The notes beneath the pieces are model-generated. The model saw nothing but the letters and a program-made list of their open reading frames with translations, was not told where the DNA came from and did no database searches. A program made the translations under genes and the position numbers. This document shows positions 35,364 through 48,200 of a stretch of DNA of 64,000 bases, piece by piece (within the stretch, counting starts at the first letter, position 1; every line of letters starts with the position of its first letter). The DNA comes from Azolla caroliniana (taxonomy: Eukaryota > Plantae > Polypodiophyta): the NCBI GenBank assembly GCA_043228905.1, contig JBHGNT010000003.1:14074001-14138000 (forward strand), written 5' to 3'.

Positions 35364-38300
35364 AGAGAGATCTGGAATATACATCAATTTTCTATGATAA
35401 AGCATAAATGAAAATAATATCCTACAAAATACAATTCATAGTCTAATGGTAAGAGCTCGACCCATGTAGCATAAGGTCATGGGTTCGAGTCTTGCCATAT
35501 CATGACAAAAGCAAGCCCCGCGAACTAGGAATGCAAAGGTACGCCACAGTTGCACAGGATGGGGTTTGCGCCATCGATATCAGACTCTTCATTATTTTTT
35601 CGGCAAAGTCGACATGGCCTGGTAAGCCTTCTATTGTATGTTGATGATTTAGTCATCGCCGGTGCCAGTCTAGAAGAAATCCGCCACGTAAAGTCTCAGC
35701 TTGCGGCATCGTTTGAAATGAAGGATCTCGGAGACTTTCATTACTTCCTCGGGATCAAAGGGATCAATCAGCGTCATTATGCACTGAATATGCTCTTCAA
35801 GTTTGGGATGGCAAATTATAAGCCCATCTCGACCCCTCTCGATAGAAATGTAAAGCTACACCGAGATTCGGGAAAGGCGTGCGACCCGACACGGTTCCGA
35901 CAGGTTGCCGACAGCCTTATCTATCTGACTATTACTCGGTCAGATCTTAGTTATCCAGTCGGCCTAATCAGTCAATTCATGTTGCAACCTACGGCCGAAC
36001 ACCTTCAGTGCGCGCAAAGGATATTGCGATATGTAAGCAGCACAAAAGACATGGCGTTGTTGTATCGAGCAGGCGTAGCCGAACAGTTAGTCGGCTACAC
36101 AGATGCCTATTGGGCCGGAAATGCCCACGATCGTCGATCCACATCTGAATACACATTCTCATTACAAAGTGCAGCGATCACGTGGAGCAGCACAAAGCAA
36201 TCGGGAGTAGCATTGTCAAGCACGGAGGCCGAATATCGAGGGGCAACTGTGGCTATGTGCAAAGTCATTTGGCTGAAACGGCTATTACGGGATCTACAGG
36301 TACATGTGTATGATTCGACGACGATCCATTGTGACAACCTTAGTAGTATCCACCTTGCGAAGAACCCCGTGTTCCATGCCCAGACCAAGCACATTGAGGT
36401 GCATTACCATTTTGTCCGTGAGTGGGTCCTTTCAGGTGAAGTCGAATTGGTGCATGTTTCGACTAATCGGCAGATTGCCGACATCTTCACAAAACCTCTT
36501 GGTCTCGACAAGTTACGGCATTTCTCGGGTGCGCTTGGGTTGCGTCACCTCGACACGTAGAACTTGAGGGGGAGAAAGGAAGAACAGGAACAAGAGCGTG
36601 GGTGCTCATCACGGCGGAAGTGACTGTGATGAGGAATCGGATGAAGAATTCGATTTCAGACCAGCTGAAGAAGCCGAAGAAGAAAGCAAGGACCGCATTC
36701 GTAGGGAAGAGCAGAAGACAGCCAAATCAGGGGAGATACAACCAAGAAGGGCATAAAGGCCAACACCAAGACTGGTCTGATGTAGTCAAAGGCCTAAAGA
36801 CAGGAGACGAATTGGAGACAGCCAATTCAAATGAGAGCGGAATTGAATCGGAAGCATTCGATTCAATCGGTATGTTCGATTCGGATACACTGAATCAACT
36901 AAAAGCCATGCGGAGAAAAGGGCAGCAAAGGACGCGCCAACACCACGTCAACAAGGGAGCTGAGAAGGGCTGAAGAAGCTGGCAAGTTGACTAGAAGGGT
37001 CGAAGCGGGCGGAATCGAACGGGTCAAGTAGTGCGAGCGAGGCGTGAAGCTAGAAGGAACCAGAGCGTAGATCCGGCGGAGCAAGTGGAACCTCAAGTTG
37101 AGCTTGAGGGGGAGTGTTGAGAGACAAGCTCAACATTTGGTGCGTAATACGCAGCGTAACCCAGTGCCTAGACTGGATGCGTGAAAAAGTACGCCCAACA
37201 CGGCCCCATCGGTGTTCAAACCGAAAAGTCCGTTAGAGCATTATTCCTTGTAAAGGAATAATTTTGGGAGTTTGTGTAGTCGGCTCATTTATGAGCATTC
37301 AGGTACTGGCAGTACTTGTGTCAGCCTGATTGTCAGGGCTTGTATAAAAGGTGCTCACTGAGCACGGTGTATGTACAGAGAGTCATTATTTGGAAATAGA
37401 ATTAAGTTGTCTCCTCTCTCTCTGTCTCTCCATCTCTATCTCTGCATCTTCTGTGTTTTACCGAACTGTCTTATTCCTCCGAACTGTGTACTTTGTGTTT
37501 ACACACACGCTTCCGCACAACGTATTCTTTCACATCTCCCTTATACACTACTAGGATACAAGGTGGTATCCCATTACTATTTACACAAAGACGTACGATT
37601 CGAGCGTACACGCGTATGCACGGCCTCGTGGGACGCTCGGACGGACGCGTGTGTGCGGATGCGTACACGGTGAGGTCGGGACGCATGTGTGCAAATGCAT
37701 ATGCGGTGCGGTCAGGATGTGCGCGTGCATGGATGCGTACACTGCGCGGTCGGGACTTTTGCGCACGGACGCGTCTACGGTTTGGTTGTGATGCACGTAC
37801 GGATTGCGCACAGGGTAAACTTTATGGATGAATGGGTCATTTGGCTGAATTATATGGATGGTCGCATGCAACTAAAAGTAAAAGGCATACAACTAAAAAT
37901 GGAAGCATGCAACTAAAAGTAGAGGCCATGCAACTAAAAGTGGACATGCAAAGTAACATTGGAAAGGAGGATCAACAAAGAGCTGGATATATGTTCCATT
38001 TTTTCCCTCTACTGTTTTTTTCCCCTTCTTCTCTCTACCATTCCTTGGGGAAGAAATCTCTCTCATATTGATATCGGACCACTCCTTACATGGTTGTTGG
38101 CTCCTTCCTTTCAAGAATAATCTCTTTGATTCTTATCGGACCACTCCTTACATGGTTGTTGGCTCCTTTCTTTAAACATTTTATCTCTCATATTCATCTC
38201 CAACCTGTTGTAACAAGATTCTTGAATTATAAAAGAATCTATTTTCTTCTGCAATAAACTACCGTTTTCTCTCATCTACTCATCTTATATGTGAAAGTTT

Positions 38301-40535
38301 GCTTGTGTTTTACGTGTTGCACTAATTCCTTCTAGTCCAGAACCCCGGCGGTTCCGCCTCGCGATCCGCACATAGTGACGGATTTTCACGATATAATTGA
38401 GTGGTAAACCCGACGTGAAAGAGGCGGCAGGGAGGATATCAAGTGCAACAATGGCTTCCACAAGCAGAACTCAAGGAGAGGAATTAACAAAAGGCATGGT
38501 GTCCGTAGGAAAGTGAGAGATCGAGAAGAATTTAATCGACAAAGCTGTTGATCGTACAATCGAGATAGCTGGACGATTTGGTGGCAAGAATATCACGTAT
38601 TTTCTTGCTACCTATTGGAACGAGATGCAACAAAGGGATGTCAATGATCTCAAACAAATTTCTTGCTTCAAATGTGTGGTGGAACTCGGGATCCACGAGC
38701 ACGTCATGGAGATCCAAAACGACCATGCAACTTGGGCAAAGTTTGAGAAGGCGCTTCTCACTGAATACATGCTTGAAGACGCATTACGGATGACTTGACA
38801 TACGCTAATGTCTTGGATTGAGAAGAAAGGGAAGAATATGTGTGCGTTTAAAGTATATGCCGAATTCGACCAGAAGTATAACCAACTTCCGAGTGTTGAT
38901 CAACGAGTTCTCGATGGAGATAAAGTCCTACTATTCCTAAAGGCAGTGACTGCAAAAGATCGGCATGAATTGGGTAACTTTTTGGAGGATGAAACACAAC
39001 AAAATGGCTTGGTAGCGGACTGGGCGGTGGTGAAGAAGGCTTGTAGCCGTCTTGATAAGCATCGACAATGGCAAGAGGAAACTTATATGGAGAATCCACA
39101 ATCATGGAGGAGGAAAGCACCTGTGACGATCGAGTCTAACAAGCCGATCAACAATTTCGACAAGAAAGTGATGGAGGAATCGATAATTGAAGAGCTCTCC
39201 AAGAAATTTGAAGCGGTATCGCTGGCCAACTGAGGTGTGTGTGGTGCGACAACTTCGAGCACTCGCGAAGAAAGTGCACTGACTTGCAAGATGCGATTCG
39301 CAAGAATGTCGTCTATTTGGACGGCAACATGATCCACTCGAGCGAGACCCGAAAGCCACTATGATTGAACTTCGGAAGAGGCGGGCTGAAAAAGATCGTG
39401 GAAGAGGAAGATGCAAGGCATGTGGAAGCCATGCACTATGCTGCATCTGCGGGAATACGAGTTGGAAGAGAGAATCTAAAGACGATCAAGCCGGGAGTTG
39501 GGTTTTGGCCAACAATATTCAACTGCGAAAAGAAAGGAAAAATAGATTTGGAGGACCTAAAACATGTTGATCGGAATGTGCTACGAGCTACCGAATATGT
39601 GTGACAACTATGAAGATCTTGTTGAAGAGAAGAGGAAAAGAACCGGTGAAGAAGATGGCACATCAAAGCATTATAATACGAGGAATGCAGGGAAAGAAGG
39701 ACAAGCCCAACCTACGCCACGAAAAGAGATAGGAGAAACAAGCATGTAGCCGAGTGGATTGAGCCAACCTTCTTGGATGGAAGTCGATGAATTTGTGAAG
39801 AAAGGGAAAGAACGAGCGGCGCTGACTTACAAGCAAAGGTCGGACATAGAACAAACAACCGACTTGCGGAAGGTCCTTGAGGAGAAGGTTTTAGACAGTC
39901 ATGCCGACCTTACTTTGAGACAGCTACTTGGGATCGCTAAGAAGGAGTTCCACGATACTATCGTGGACTTGATTAAGCGGAAGTGGCAACAATCGGATGA
40001 AGAAGAGGTGAAAACAAGTGCCATAACCATGGCAAGATCGGAAGAGGAGGAAGAAGAAGATGTGATGGCGGACAGACATTACTCTCAGCCTCATTGGGCA
40101 AGAGCGACAACGGAGACACCGGTGAAGATCGGAGAAGAAAGAAACCGTGGTAGCCTTGATTGACCATGGTTCGGAGATCAACCTCATGTCGACCGAATTC
40201 TACAAGAAAGGAAGATGTTCGATCAACACAAACCACAGATGGAAGATACGAGCGGCAACGAAGGCCACAGAAGACCTGTACGGAGTTTGCCCCAATGTAA
40301 AAGTCATGATCGGAGATGTGGAGATGGATCAACACTTCTTTGTGCAAGACTCGGCTTCACATCCCGTCATCCTAGGACAATCATATATCACATCATCTCG
40401 GATGGAAACTAAGATGTTCGATAATGGCGCTGCCTTCGCGCGAGTCAAGAGCGTTGACAATCAAATATTTGTTCAATTCCTTACGGTGCGGGCTAATCAC
40501 GAAAGGAACCGAGATAGCCTTGGAGGCGAATCCTC

Positions 40536-40580
40536 AGATTTTTAGAACGGACTATTGAAGCGCGGGGCACAAATAGTCCG
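40536..40580 (+). promoter_or_regulatory. Predicted -1 frameshift signal downstream of protease in element W
   Basis: A GAT TTT TAG, then 9-bp stem CGGACTATT/AATAGTCCG; the -1 frame is open into ORF 40620-40823. Confidence 0.55.
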
Positions 40581-41372
40581 AGCAATCATAAGTCCCAACA
40601 AGGAAGCAAAATAAGTGGATTGCAAGGAGAAGCAACATGTGTGACACCTAGTGGCACATGTAAACTAACACTACCCAACAAGAAGGACAATCTTCGGATA
40701 CAAGACTTTGAGAAGATGTTGAAAGAAGAAAGCATAATCGAAGAAGAAGAATTCGTGTCTCATATTCTAGAGGAAGCCTCATTTAACGAACCATTGGCGA
40801 AATCGAGGAAGTCGTGGACTTGAGCTACCCTCACGATCAACATGTGATTTCGGTTAACTCCATCAACATGTACGCTATCATCGAGGAATCTTGGAGGAAG
40901 CTAAAGTCAACACAAAATATAAAACGGTGGATAAGAAGATCAAGCCAGTTGCGTTTCCGCTACCGGAAGATAGCTCGCAGAAGATGAAGGAAGTTGCTAA
41001 TAATCCAAGCTTAAGGGATCCAAAGGCAATAGGTCATGTCTTCACCAAAGAGACGAAAGGAAAGCTACAAGCTGGAAGGGAAGATTTCCTTCTCCCTGAA
41101 GAGGAGAGAATGTTCCGCAGAATGCTTGAGAGACATGGGAAAGCCTTTGCCTTCTCTCGACAAGAGATCGGATGTGCCGACCCAAAGATGATAGAGCCGA
41201 TGGTGATTTTTACAGTACCACATGTACCTTGGAACCTCAAGCCGATACCGGTTCCAAGAGCTCACATTCCGAAGTTGATTGAGCTTCTAAAGGAAAAGGT
41301 TCAGATGGGAATACTGGAGCCGTCCAATGCTCCCTACTCCAATAGATGGTTTACGGTGCCGAAGAAGAATGG

Positions 41373-44300
41373 TGTCGTGAAGAATTTTGGCCATAGGCGA
41401 AAACCGGGAAACATTGGCTACATCGGCGGGGTGTGAATAACGAGGGAGCCTTTATGGCGCCGAAGAGTAGTCAAGTCGGGACAGACGATCCCATGAAAGT
41501 CGGGATTTGTCCTACGTTGTAACACCTCCCTTTCCTTGTTCTATAAAAGGAAGGGAATGTCCTTTGTAAAAGAGTTGCCCATTTTTGCATTAGAGGGTAT
41601 ACCGGTAGGTTTAGGGTTAGGTTTCTTCTGCTTCTTCTTCTTTCCCTTCGTGTTCGCTTAGGTTTTGCTTCAGCTCATCTCCTGCGCAAGACCCCGCTCG
41701 GCGCGACGAGCCCGTGAGCTCCCTGACGGCGGCTTGGCAGCAAACGACTACCGTAACCTACCTCAGCCCGGCTCGAAGCCGGGAATGTATTCTTCTTCTA
41801 TATATATACATATATACGTTCGCGTCTGTCTGTGTATATTGGCGTCTTGTTGGTGATTCTTTGTGTCTTCCCACACTTGCTCCCGAGACGATGGCAGGCG
41901 GGCCCGAGTGGCCACGTGAGTCCCAAGCGGAGGAAGGCGGCGGCGAAAGGGCGAGAATCACCGGCGAGACGATACGGAGAAGGAGCGGACGAAAGCCCAC
42001 GGACCCGATTCCGGAGAACTCGGCAATTGGGCCCGTATGCCCATGTAAGACCGAGGAGATGGATGGCGGTACCGAGGAATCTTGGCACGATGCCAGCGAA
42101 GACGGATGGGAAACGGCCTACGAGGAGGCCGAGGATGGACACGGCACGAGGGGATCAGCATTCCGATGCGGGTGGAGCGTGATCCGGTCGTGGATCGTTC
42201 GTTCGGGGCCGGGGTCGGCATGAGAGTGCCGATACGGAAGGGGGTGCGGGACGAGCTGCCCTCTTTTACATGGGGAGAAAGACCGACCGGGCGAAGGTCG
42301 AGATTAGGAAAGAGAATGAAAGCCGGTCCTATGGGTTTCCTTACACCGATCCGGCTACAGGCCCGATTGCCGGCGTGAGTCCGACAAGGGAGATCGGTGG
42401 CGACAGGAGAACGGGACTCGGCAATCCGGAGAAAGACGAATGAACCCGAGCGAGAACCGGGCGGAGCAGACTCCCGAATGACCATTCCAGGAGGGAGGAA
42501 GAGAGCTGGCCTACGAAGAGGCCGAGGACACGGTACGTCAGTACCACGGGAGAGGGTGCGGAACAAAACACCCTCTCGGCATACGGAGAAGGACAACCCG
42601 GGACAGGGTCAGGAAGACAAATCGTCGGCCAACGGAGGATCCTTCACACCGGTTCTAGAGACTTCGGCAGTCGGCAACGCGGTCGACGTAAGACCAAGAT
42701 ACTGACGGTGGCGGCGAGGTGATGAAGACAATGGGCGTAAGGAAGTCTGGTCCTACGGGATCCCCACACCGGTTCCGGAGACTCCGGTTGTGCTGCCATC
42801 GTGGCAACGTGAGACCAGGGGAGAAGGAAGGTGGTGGCGGGAAACGGGACCCGGCTACGCGGAAGACACGAGGAGAGTCCGGGAGGGACTCAAACAAAAG
42901 ACACCTGAGTTTCGGCAAGCATAGAAATGGAGTCCGGTCCTATGGGACCCTCACACGGATCCGGAGACTCCGGCAGTTCGGCCAACGTGGCAACGTGAGA
43001 CCGAGGGAGAAGGACGGTGGCGGCAGGGAACGGGACCCGACGACACGAGGTTCGGAAGAAGCCGGTAAGGGCAAACACGGAGAGGTGTGTCAGGCCGGAA
43101 AGGCACACCTTGGCCAGAACAAGAGTCTCGCAAGTGGCCATCGCGGGCCGGATCGAAGCGTGTCTACGGGACGGTGTTCGGCGCGGGCAGGGCCGAACGA
43201 AGGAAGCGGAAGACGGCACAAGAGACGTGCCGAGAACGAAGTGACAAGTGCCTAGTGGACTGCACAGGGTCAGGATCAGGATGGCAAGAGAGGCCGGAGG
43301 AGGATCCTCCACACTCGCTTCGTAAATCTCGGTAGCTCCGTCGAAGTAACGAAGACTGACACGGAAAGCCGGGGTGACATGCTGGTGGGGGCGAGGGGAC
43401 GACGGCAAGCGGAAGGCTCAGGACCTGTTGCAGCAACACGAAGGCGGAAAGGGCCAAGCGGGCTACTACAGGGTGTTCCTCGGATGCAAAGGACACCGGT
43501 ATGCGGGTGAACAGCGATGCACGATCTGGCCGGAAAGGGGCCGACGAGGAGTGCAACACGGGCAATGCCAAACAACAAAAGAGGGGTGTGGCACGTGGAG
43601 GTGCAGGAGCGGGAAGGCGAGCGCGGAGAAGGCCGGAAAGGGATCCTCCACACCGTCCCGAAGACCATGACGGATCGAGCCGACGCGACTATGTAAGACC
43701 ATGGAGAAAGAAGGTGGCAGCGGAAGGACGAAGGCGACGTGAAACACCAGCGGGACATCACGACTCAACAACGAAGGCCAAGCGGGCTGCCACGGGCATT
43801 GCTCAAGCGGAGGACATCGGGCATACGACGGAAGCGGGGCGTTCGTATGGCCGAACAAGGGCCAACAGAAGTACGCGTACCACGGAGATTGCGGCAGAGG
43901 ACCCATCGACGGGTCGAACGAGCCTACGGGGAGGCGAGCGCGAAGGAAGACTCGAAGCCGACGGATCAAACCGGCAGCGAGCCGAGATGCGGATCACGGG
44001 AGACCGGTTTCTCGCCGGCCGAAATCTCTCACCCTTCAACTAGATTTGGCACGTACCGGTGGACGTGCAGTTAGGTGGGGGCGGATGTCGTGAAGAATTT
44101 CGGCCATAGGCGAAAACCGGGAAACATTGGCTACATCGGCGGGGTGCAACACGTGTACGCACCCATGTACATTTGATGTGAATAACAAGGGCGCCTTTAT
44201 GGCGCCAAACAGTAGTCAAGTCGGGATAGACGATCCCATGAAAGTCGGGATTTGTCCCACGTTGTAACGCCTCCCTTTCCTTGTTCTATAAAAGGAAGGG

Positions 44301-44861
44301 AATGTCCTTTGCAAAAGGGTTGCCCATTTTTGCATTAGAGGGTATACCGGTAGGTTTAGGGTTAGGTTTCTTCTGCTTCTTCTTCTTTCCCTTCGTGTTC
44401 GCTTAGGTTTTGCTTCAGCTCATCTCCTGTGCAAGACCCCGCTCGGCGTGATGAGCCCGTGAGCTCCCCGACGGCGGCTTGGCAACAGACGACTACTGTA
44501 ACCTACCTCAGCCCGGCTCGAAGGCGGGAATGTATTCTTCTTCTATATATATACATATATACGTTCGCGTCTGTTTGTGTATATTGGCGTCTTGTTGGTG
44601 TCGGGTGCTCCCCCTTCTTCCCTGCGTTTCCTGTACATAAGGGCGTGAGTCGGGTCGGGCTGTGTGTGCGTGTGTGTGCGTGAGTCGGTGTTAAGCACGC
44701 TCTCTCTCTCTCTCTCTCGCTCTCTCTCCCTTCGGTTGCTTCTGGTGTGTTTCTGAGATGCCCCAGAAGCAGTGAAGCACGACTTCCTACGCTCCGTCGC
44801 TCCCTAGTCCAAGACCCCCGTGGTCCCGCCTTTCCCCACGCACGCGCGTAACAACGTGACA
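41373..44861 (+). mobile_element. Non-autonomous LARD-like element V inside the RT of W; LTRs 41373 to about 41855 (truncated) and 44086-44861
   Basis: TGTC...GACA ends; apparent 4-bp TSD ATGG/ACGG; removal restores KKNG-SLRFIQDLQ; GC-rich interior has no recognisable pol motifs. Confidence 0.9.
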
Positions 44862-47814
44862 ACGGGTCCTTACGCTTTATTCAAGATCTCCAACCCATCA
44901 ACAAGGTGACAATCCGAAATGTCGTAATTGGTCCAAGTGTGGATGAATTTGCCGAAGCCTTCGCGGGAAGATCGATCTATTCCATTGGTGATCTCTACTC
45001 GGGCTATGATCAATTTCAACTGGCCGTCGATAGTAGAGCCATAACAACAATGAAGACGCCGATCGGGTTGGTAACAACAAATTCCGTAGCCCACATGGTG
45101 AATGCCATGAACAAAGTGTTGAGGGATTGTATCCCTGATATCACAATGCCCTGCTTAGATGATATTCCAATCAAAGGATTCTTGGTGGAAGAATAAGATG
45201 AAGCGAAAGGTGAAGATGGTTGCCGAAGATTCGTCATTGATCATATAAAGGATAGCGAGAAGGTGTTGCAAAAGCCCGAGGATGCAAATCTCACGTTTTC
45301 GGGAGAGAACTCTGCATTCAGTCAACTAGAAATACTGGTAGTAGGACACTTATGGGGGTCTTATGGCCAGAAGCCATCTCCATCCAAGGTGAACGCTATT
45401 CAAGAGATGAAAGAAGAATGTGTGTCTCAAACAGAGGTGCGAAGATTCTTGGGAGCATGTGCATTCTATCACATATGGATTCCACATTATGCTCATGTCG
45501 CTAAACCATTGTATGGATTACTAAAGAGAAGGAAGAAGTTCGAATGGGAAGATGAGCAGACCTACGCGGTTCAAAAGCTAAAGAAACTATTATTGGAAGC
45601 TCCGGCACTGCGAAAAGCTGACTACACCGAAGGACCCCGATATATGTGACGGTGGATATGAGCCCAACCGGAATTGGATGGGTGATAAACCAAGAAGACA
45701 AAGAAAAGAATCGGTATGCAATCTGATTCAGTGCAAAGGTGTTAACCGAAAGACAAAGGAAGTATGCCCAAGTAAAGAGAGAGCTATGGGGAATAGTATC
45801 CGTGGTTAAAACCGATCATGACTACCTTATCGAAACAGAGGTCATAATAGAAACTAATTGTCTACCTATTCTCGGAATGATATTTGGTTGTGCTACACCG
45901 GATATTGCTATGTTGCGATGGTTTGCCTATGTCAAGTCCCTCAACCCCGAGATTCAACATATAAATGGGAAGCATAATGTGGTGGCCAATATGTTATCAA
46001 GGGCAAGGTATGAGAATGAAGAAGATTTGCACTCTGACGAAGAAGATGTTGGCCTAAAATTCTTTACGGTTTCTTGTGCTCGGGTGCTTGCCGTGTTTAA
46101 AGTAGAAGATTATGAGGGTGAATTCATTGAAATTGGCAAGTACTTAAGCTCTCTTACAAAGGATGAAGCATGGTCAAAGGAAGAGTTCTACTGAATTAGG
46201 AAGAAGGCCTACAAGTTCTTCCTCAAAGAAGGACATCTATGGAAGTTTCCAAAGAAGAAGAATGGAACTCCACTTCGAGTGGTGTGCAAGAAACAAGATC
46301 AACAAACACTAATTGCTGAATTTCATGATAATGTGTGGGCAGGTCATTGAGGTATATAGGCAATGTTTGCAAAGCTCAAGGAGAAGTATTGGTGGCCGGG
46401 TGTTTACAAAGATGTAGCAAGCTATGTTGAAACATGTGAGCAATGCCAATTATACTCGAATATTCAACATAGGGATGAACTTCATTCGACATATCCATTA
46501 TCAATGCACTATAAGTGGTTGGTAGACATAGTGGTTATGCCAATGGTATTGGGGCAAATGAAGTATATCGTGCTAGCAAGAGAGGATCTCACCAACCAAG
46601 GAGAAGGACGAGCACTAAGGAATAAAACAACTTCGGCGGTTTGTAAGTTTCTCCTTGAAGATGTTATTTGTCGATACGGATGTGTTGGCAAAATAGTAGC
46701 TGATAGGGGAGAATTAGATGCAAATGAAGCTAAAGAATTCTTTTCAAGGATAGGCGTCAAACTATCGCTCACCATGGCATACAACCTGTACGCAAATGGG
46801 AAGGTGGAACAAGGACATAGTCCGATTGTAAAAGCTCCAGCAAAGGCTTGCGACGACAAGATGGGGAATTGGCCACGATTACTACCTTATGCATTGTGGG
46901 CTAATAGAACTACACATAGCACGACTACAGGATATATGCCGACCAAACTTATATTAGGGCAAAAACCAATAATACCTATCGAGCAAAGTGCTGCTTTGTG
47001 GACATCTTTGCCATGGCAAGAGGAAATGAGTCGGGAAGACTTGCTAGCCACAAGGATTCAACAACTAGAATGGAGGCCCCAAGATATCGAGTTGGCAATA
47101 GAATGGTTGCACCAAGCTCAATTGAAGAACAAGGAGAATTTTGATAGAAAGCATTGTCTTCGACAAAGAAAAATTGAAGAAAGAGATTGGGTTCTTGTCT
47201 ATGATAGTAGTCTCGATAATCAATATAGCACTGCTCGAAAGTTCGCAAAACGATGGTTTGGCCCGTATATGGTCAAGAAAATAGAAAGCAATGCAACCTA
47301 TTGTTTAGCGGAGTTAGATGGAACTCGACTTGCTTTGCCAATTGCAGGAAAAAGAATCAAGATCTTTAAGAGAAGAGAGGCTCCAAATCTTGAGATCGAA
47401 GCTCTGGATGATATAGCCTCGAACATCGAGGTTGAAAAAGAGTAATTAAAAGAGGAACCTCACCACAATTGGCACATACTGGTGGATGTGCAGGTTTGGT
47501 GGGGGTGAATGTCATGTGGTTTTTCACACACGATATGAAAAATAGTAAAAACATTATTTAAGATTAGCTTAATGTATTCATATTGAAAGATAGATGTCTT
47601 CAAGAGCTTCATAACGTATTTTACTACGCATAAAACGAATAAACAAGTATCAAGTTATGTGAGTGTGAAGTTTGAAGAAAAAGGAAAAGACAAACTGTGA
47701 GATATCCCATATAGATAGGACAACATTGGAACCCCTGATATATAAGGGAAACCAAAACAAATTCATTATATCAATGTGTGGAGCATAGAATGCTCAAGGT
47801 GACTTGGGCTACAT

Positions 47815-48200
47815 TGTGTGGTGTGCACGCTTCGGGCGTACACGTGTATGCACGGCTATGTGGACACTTCGGGCATACGCGGGTGTGCATGGCCGTGTAG
47901 ACGTCTTCAGACGTACGCTTCGAGCGTATGCGTGTATGCACGGCCGTGTGGATGCTTCGAGTGTACATGCGTCTGCACCGCCGCGTGCACGTTTTCGGAC
48001 ATACGCGCGTGTGCAAGTTTCGGCCATACGCGTGCACGGCCTCGTGGGACACGCTCGGACGGACATGTGTGTGCAGATGCGTATGCGTACACAGAGAGGT
48101 CGGGATGCACGCGTGTGTGGATGCGTACATTGCGCGGTCGAGACTGTTGCGCGCGGACGCGTCTACAGTTTGGTTGTGACGCACGTACGAATTGCGCACG
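47815..48200 (+). repeat. Degenerate tandem, alternating purine-pyrimidine array in LTR W (also 37590-37810)
   Basis: Recurrent CGTACACGTGTATGCACGGC-like units, followed by ATGCAACTAAAAGT repeats (about four copies in the 5' LTR, two in the 3' LTR). Confidence 0.75.

Larger units (their letters stand above)
29849..35507 (-). mobile_element. Young full-length chromovirus (Tcn1/Tf1-sushi-like Ty3/gypsy); 426-bp LTRs 35082-35507 (5') and 29849-30274 (3')
   Basis: TSD AAAGC; LTRs differ at about 2 positions; PPT AAGGGGGAGA; gag-PR-RT-RH-INT-chromodomain. Confidence 0.97.
25399..37534 (+). mobile_element. Ty1/copia element B, full-length, decayed; 420-bp LTRs 25399-25818 and 37115-37534
   Basis: TSD TCTCC; PBS TGGTATCAGAGC at 25819; gag, protease WYVDSGASNHM, integrase, RT LYVDDL, RNase H; PPT GAGGGGGAG before 37115; carries two nested insertions. 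Confidence 0.96.

Noticed and set aside
41607-41625. Telomeric repeat array (GGTTTAGGGTTAGGTTT)
   Set aside because: Only about two units inside an LTR; at most a telo-box-like motif.
41665-44074. Many overlapping ORFs on both strands as novel genes
   Set aside because: Expected from high GC and few stops; no recognisable motifs and no single long frame.
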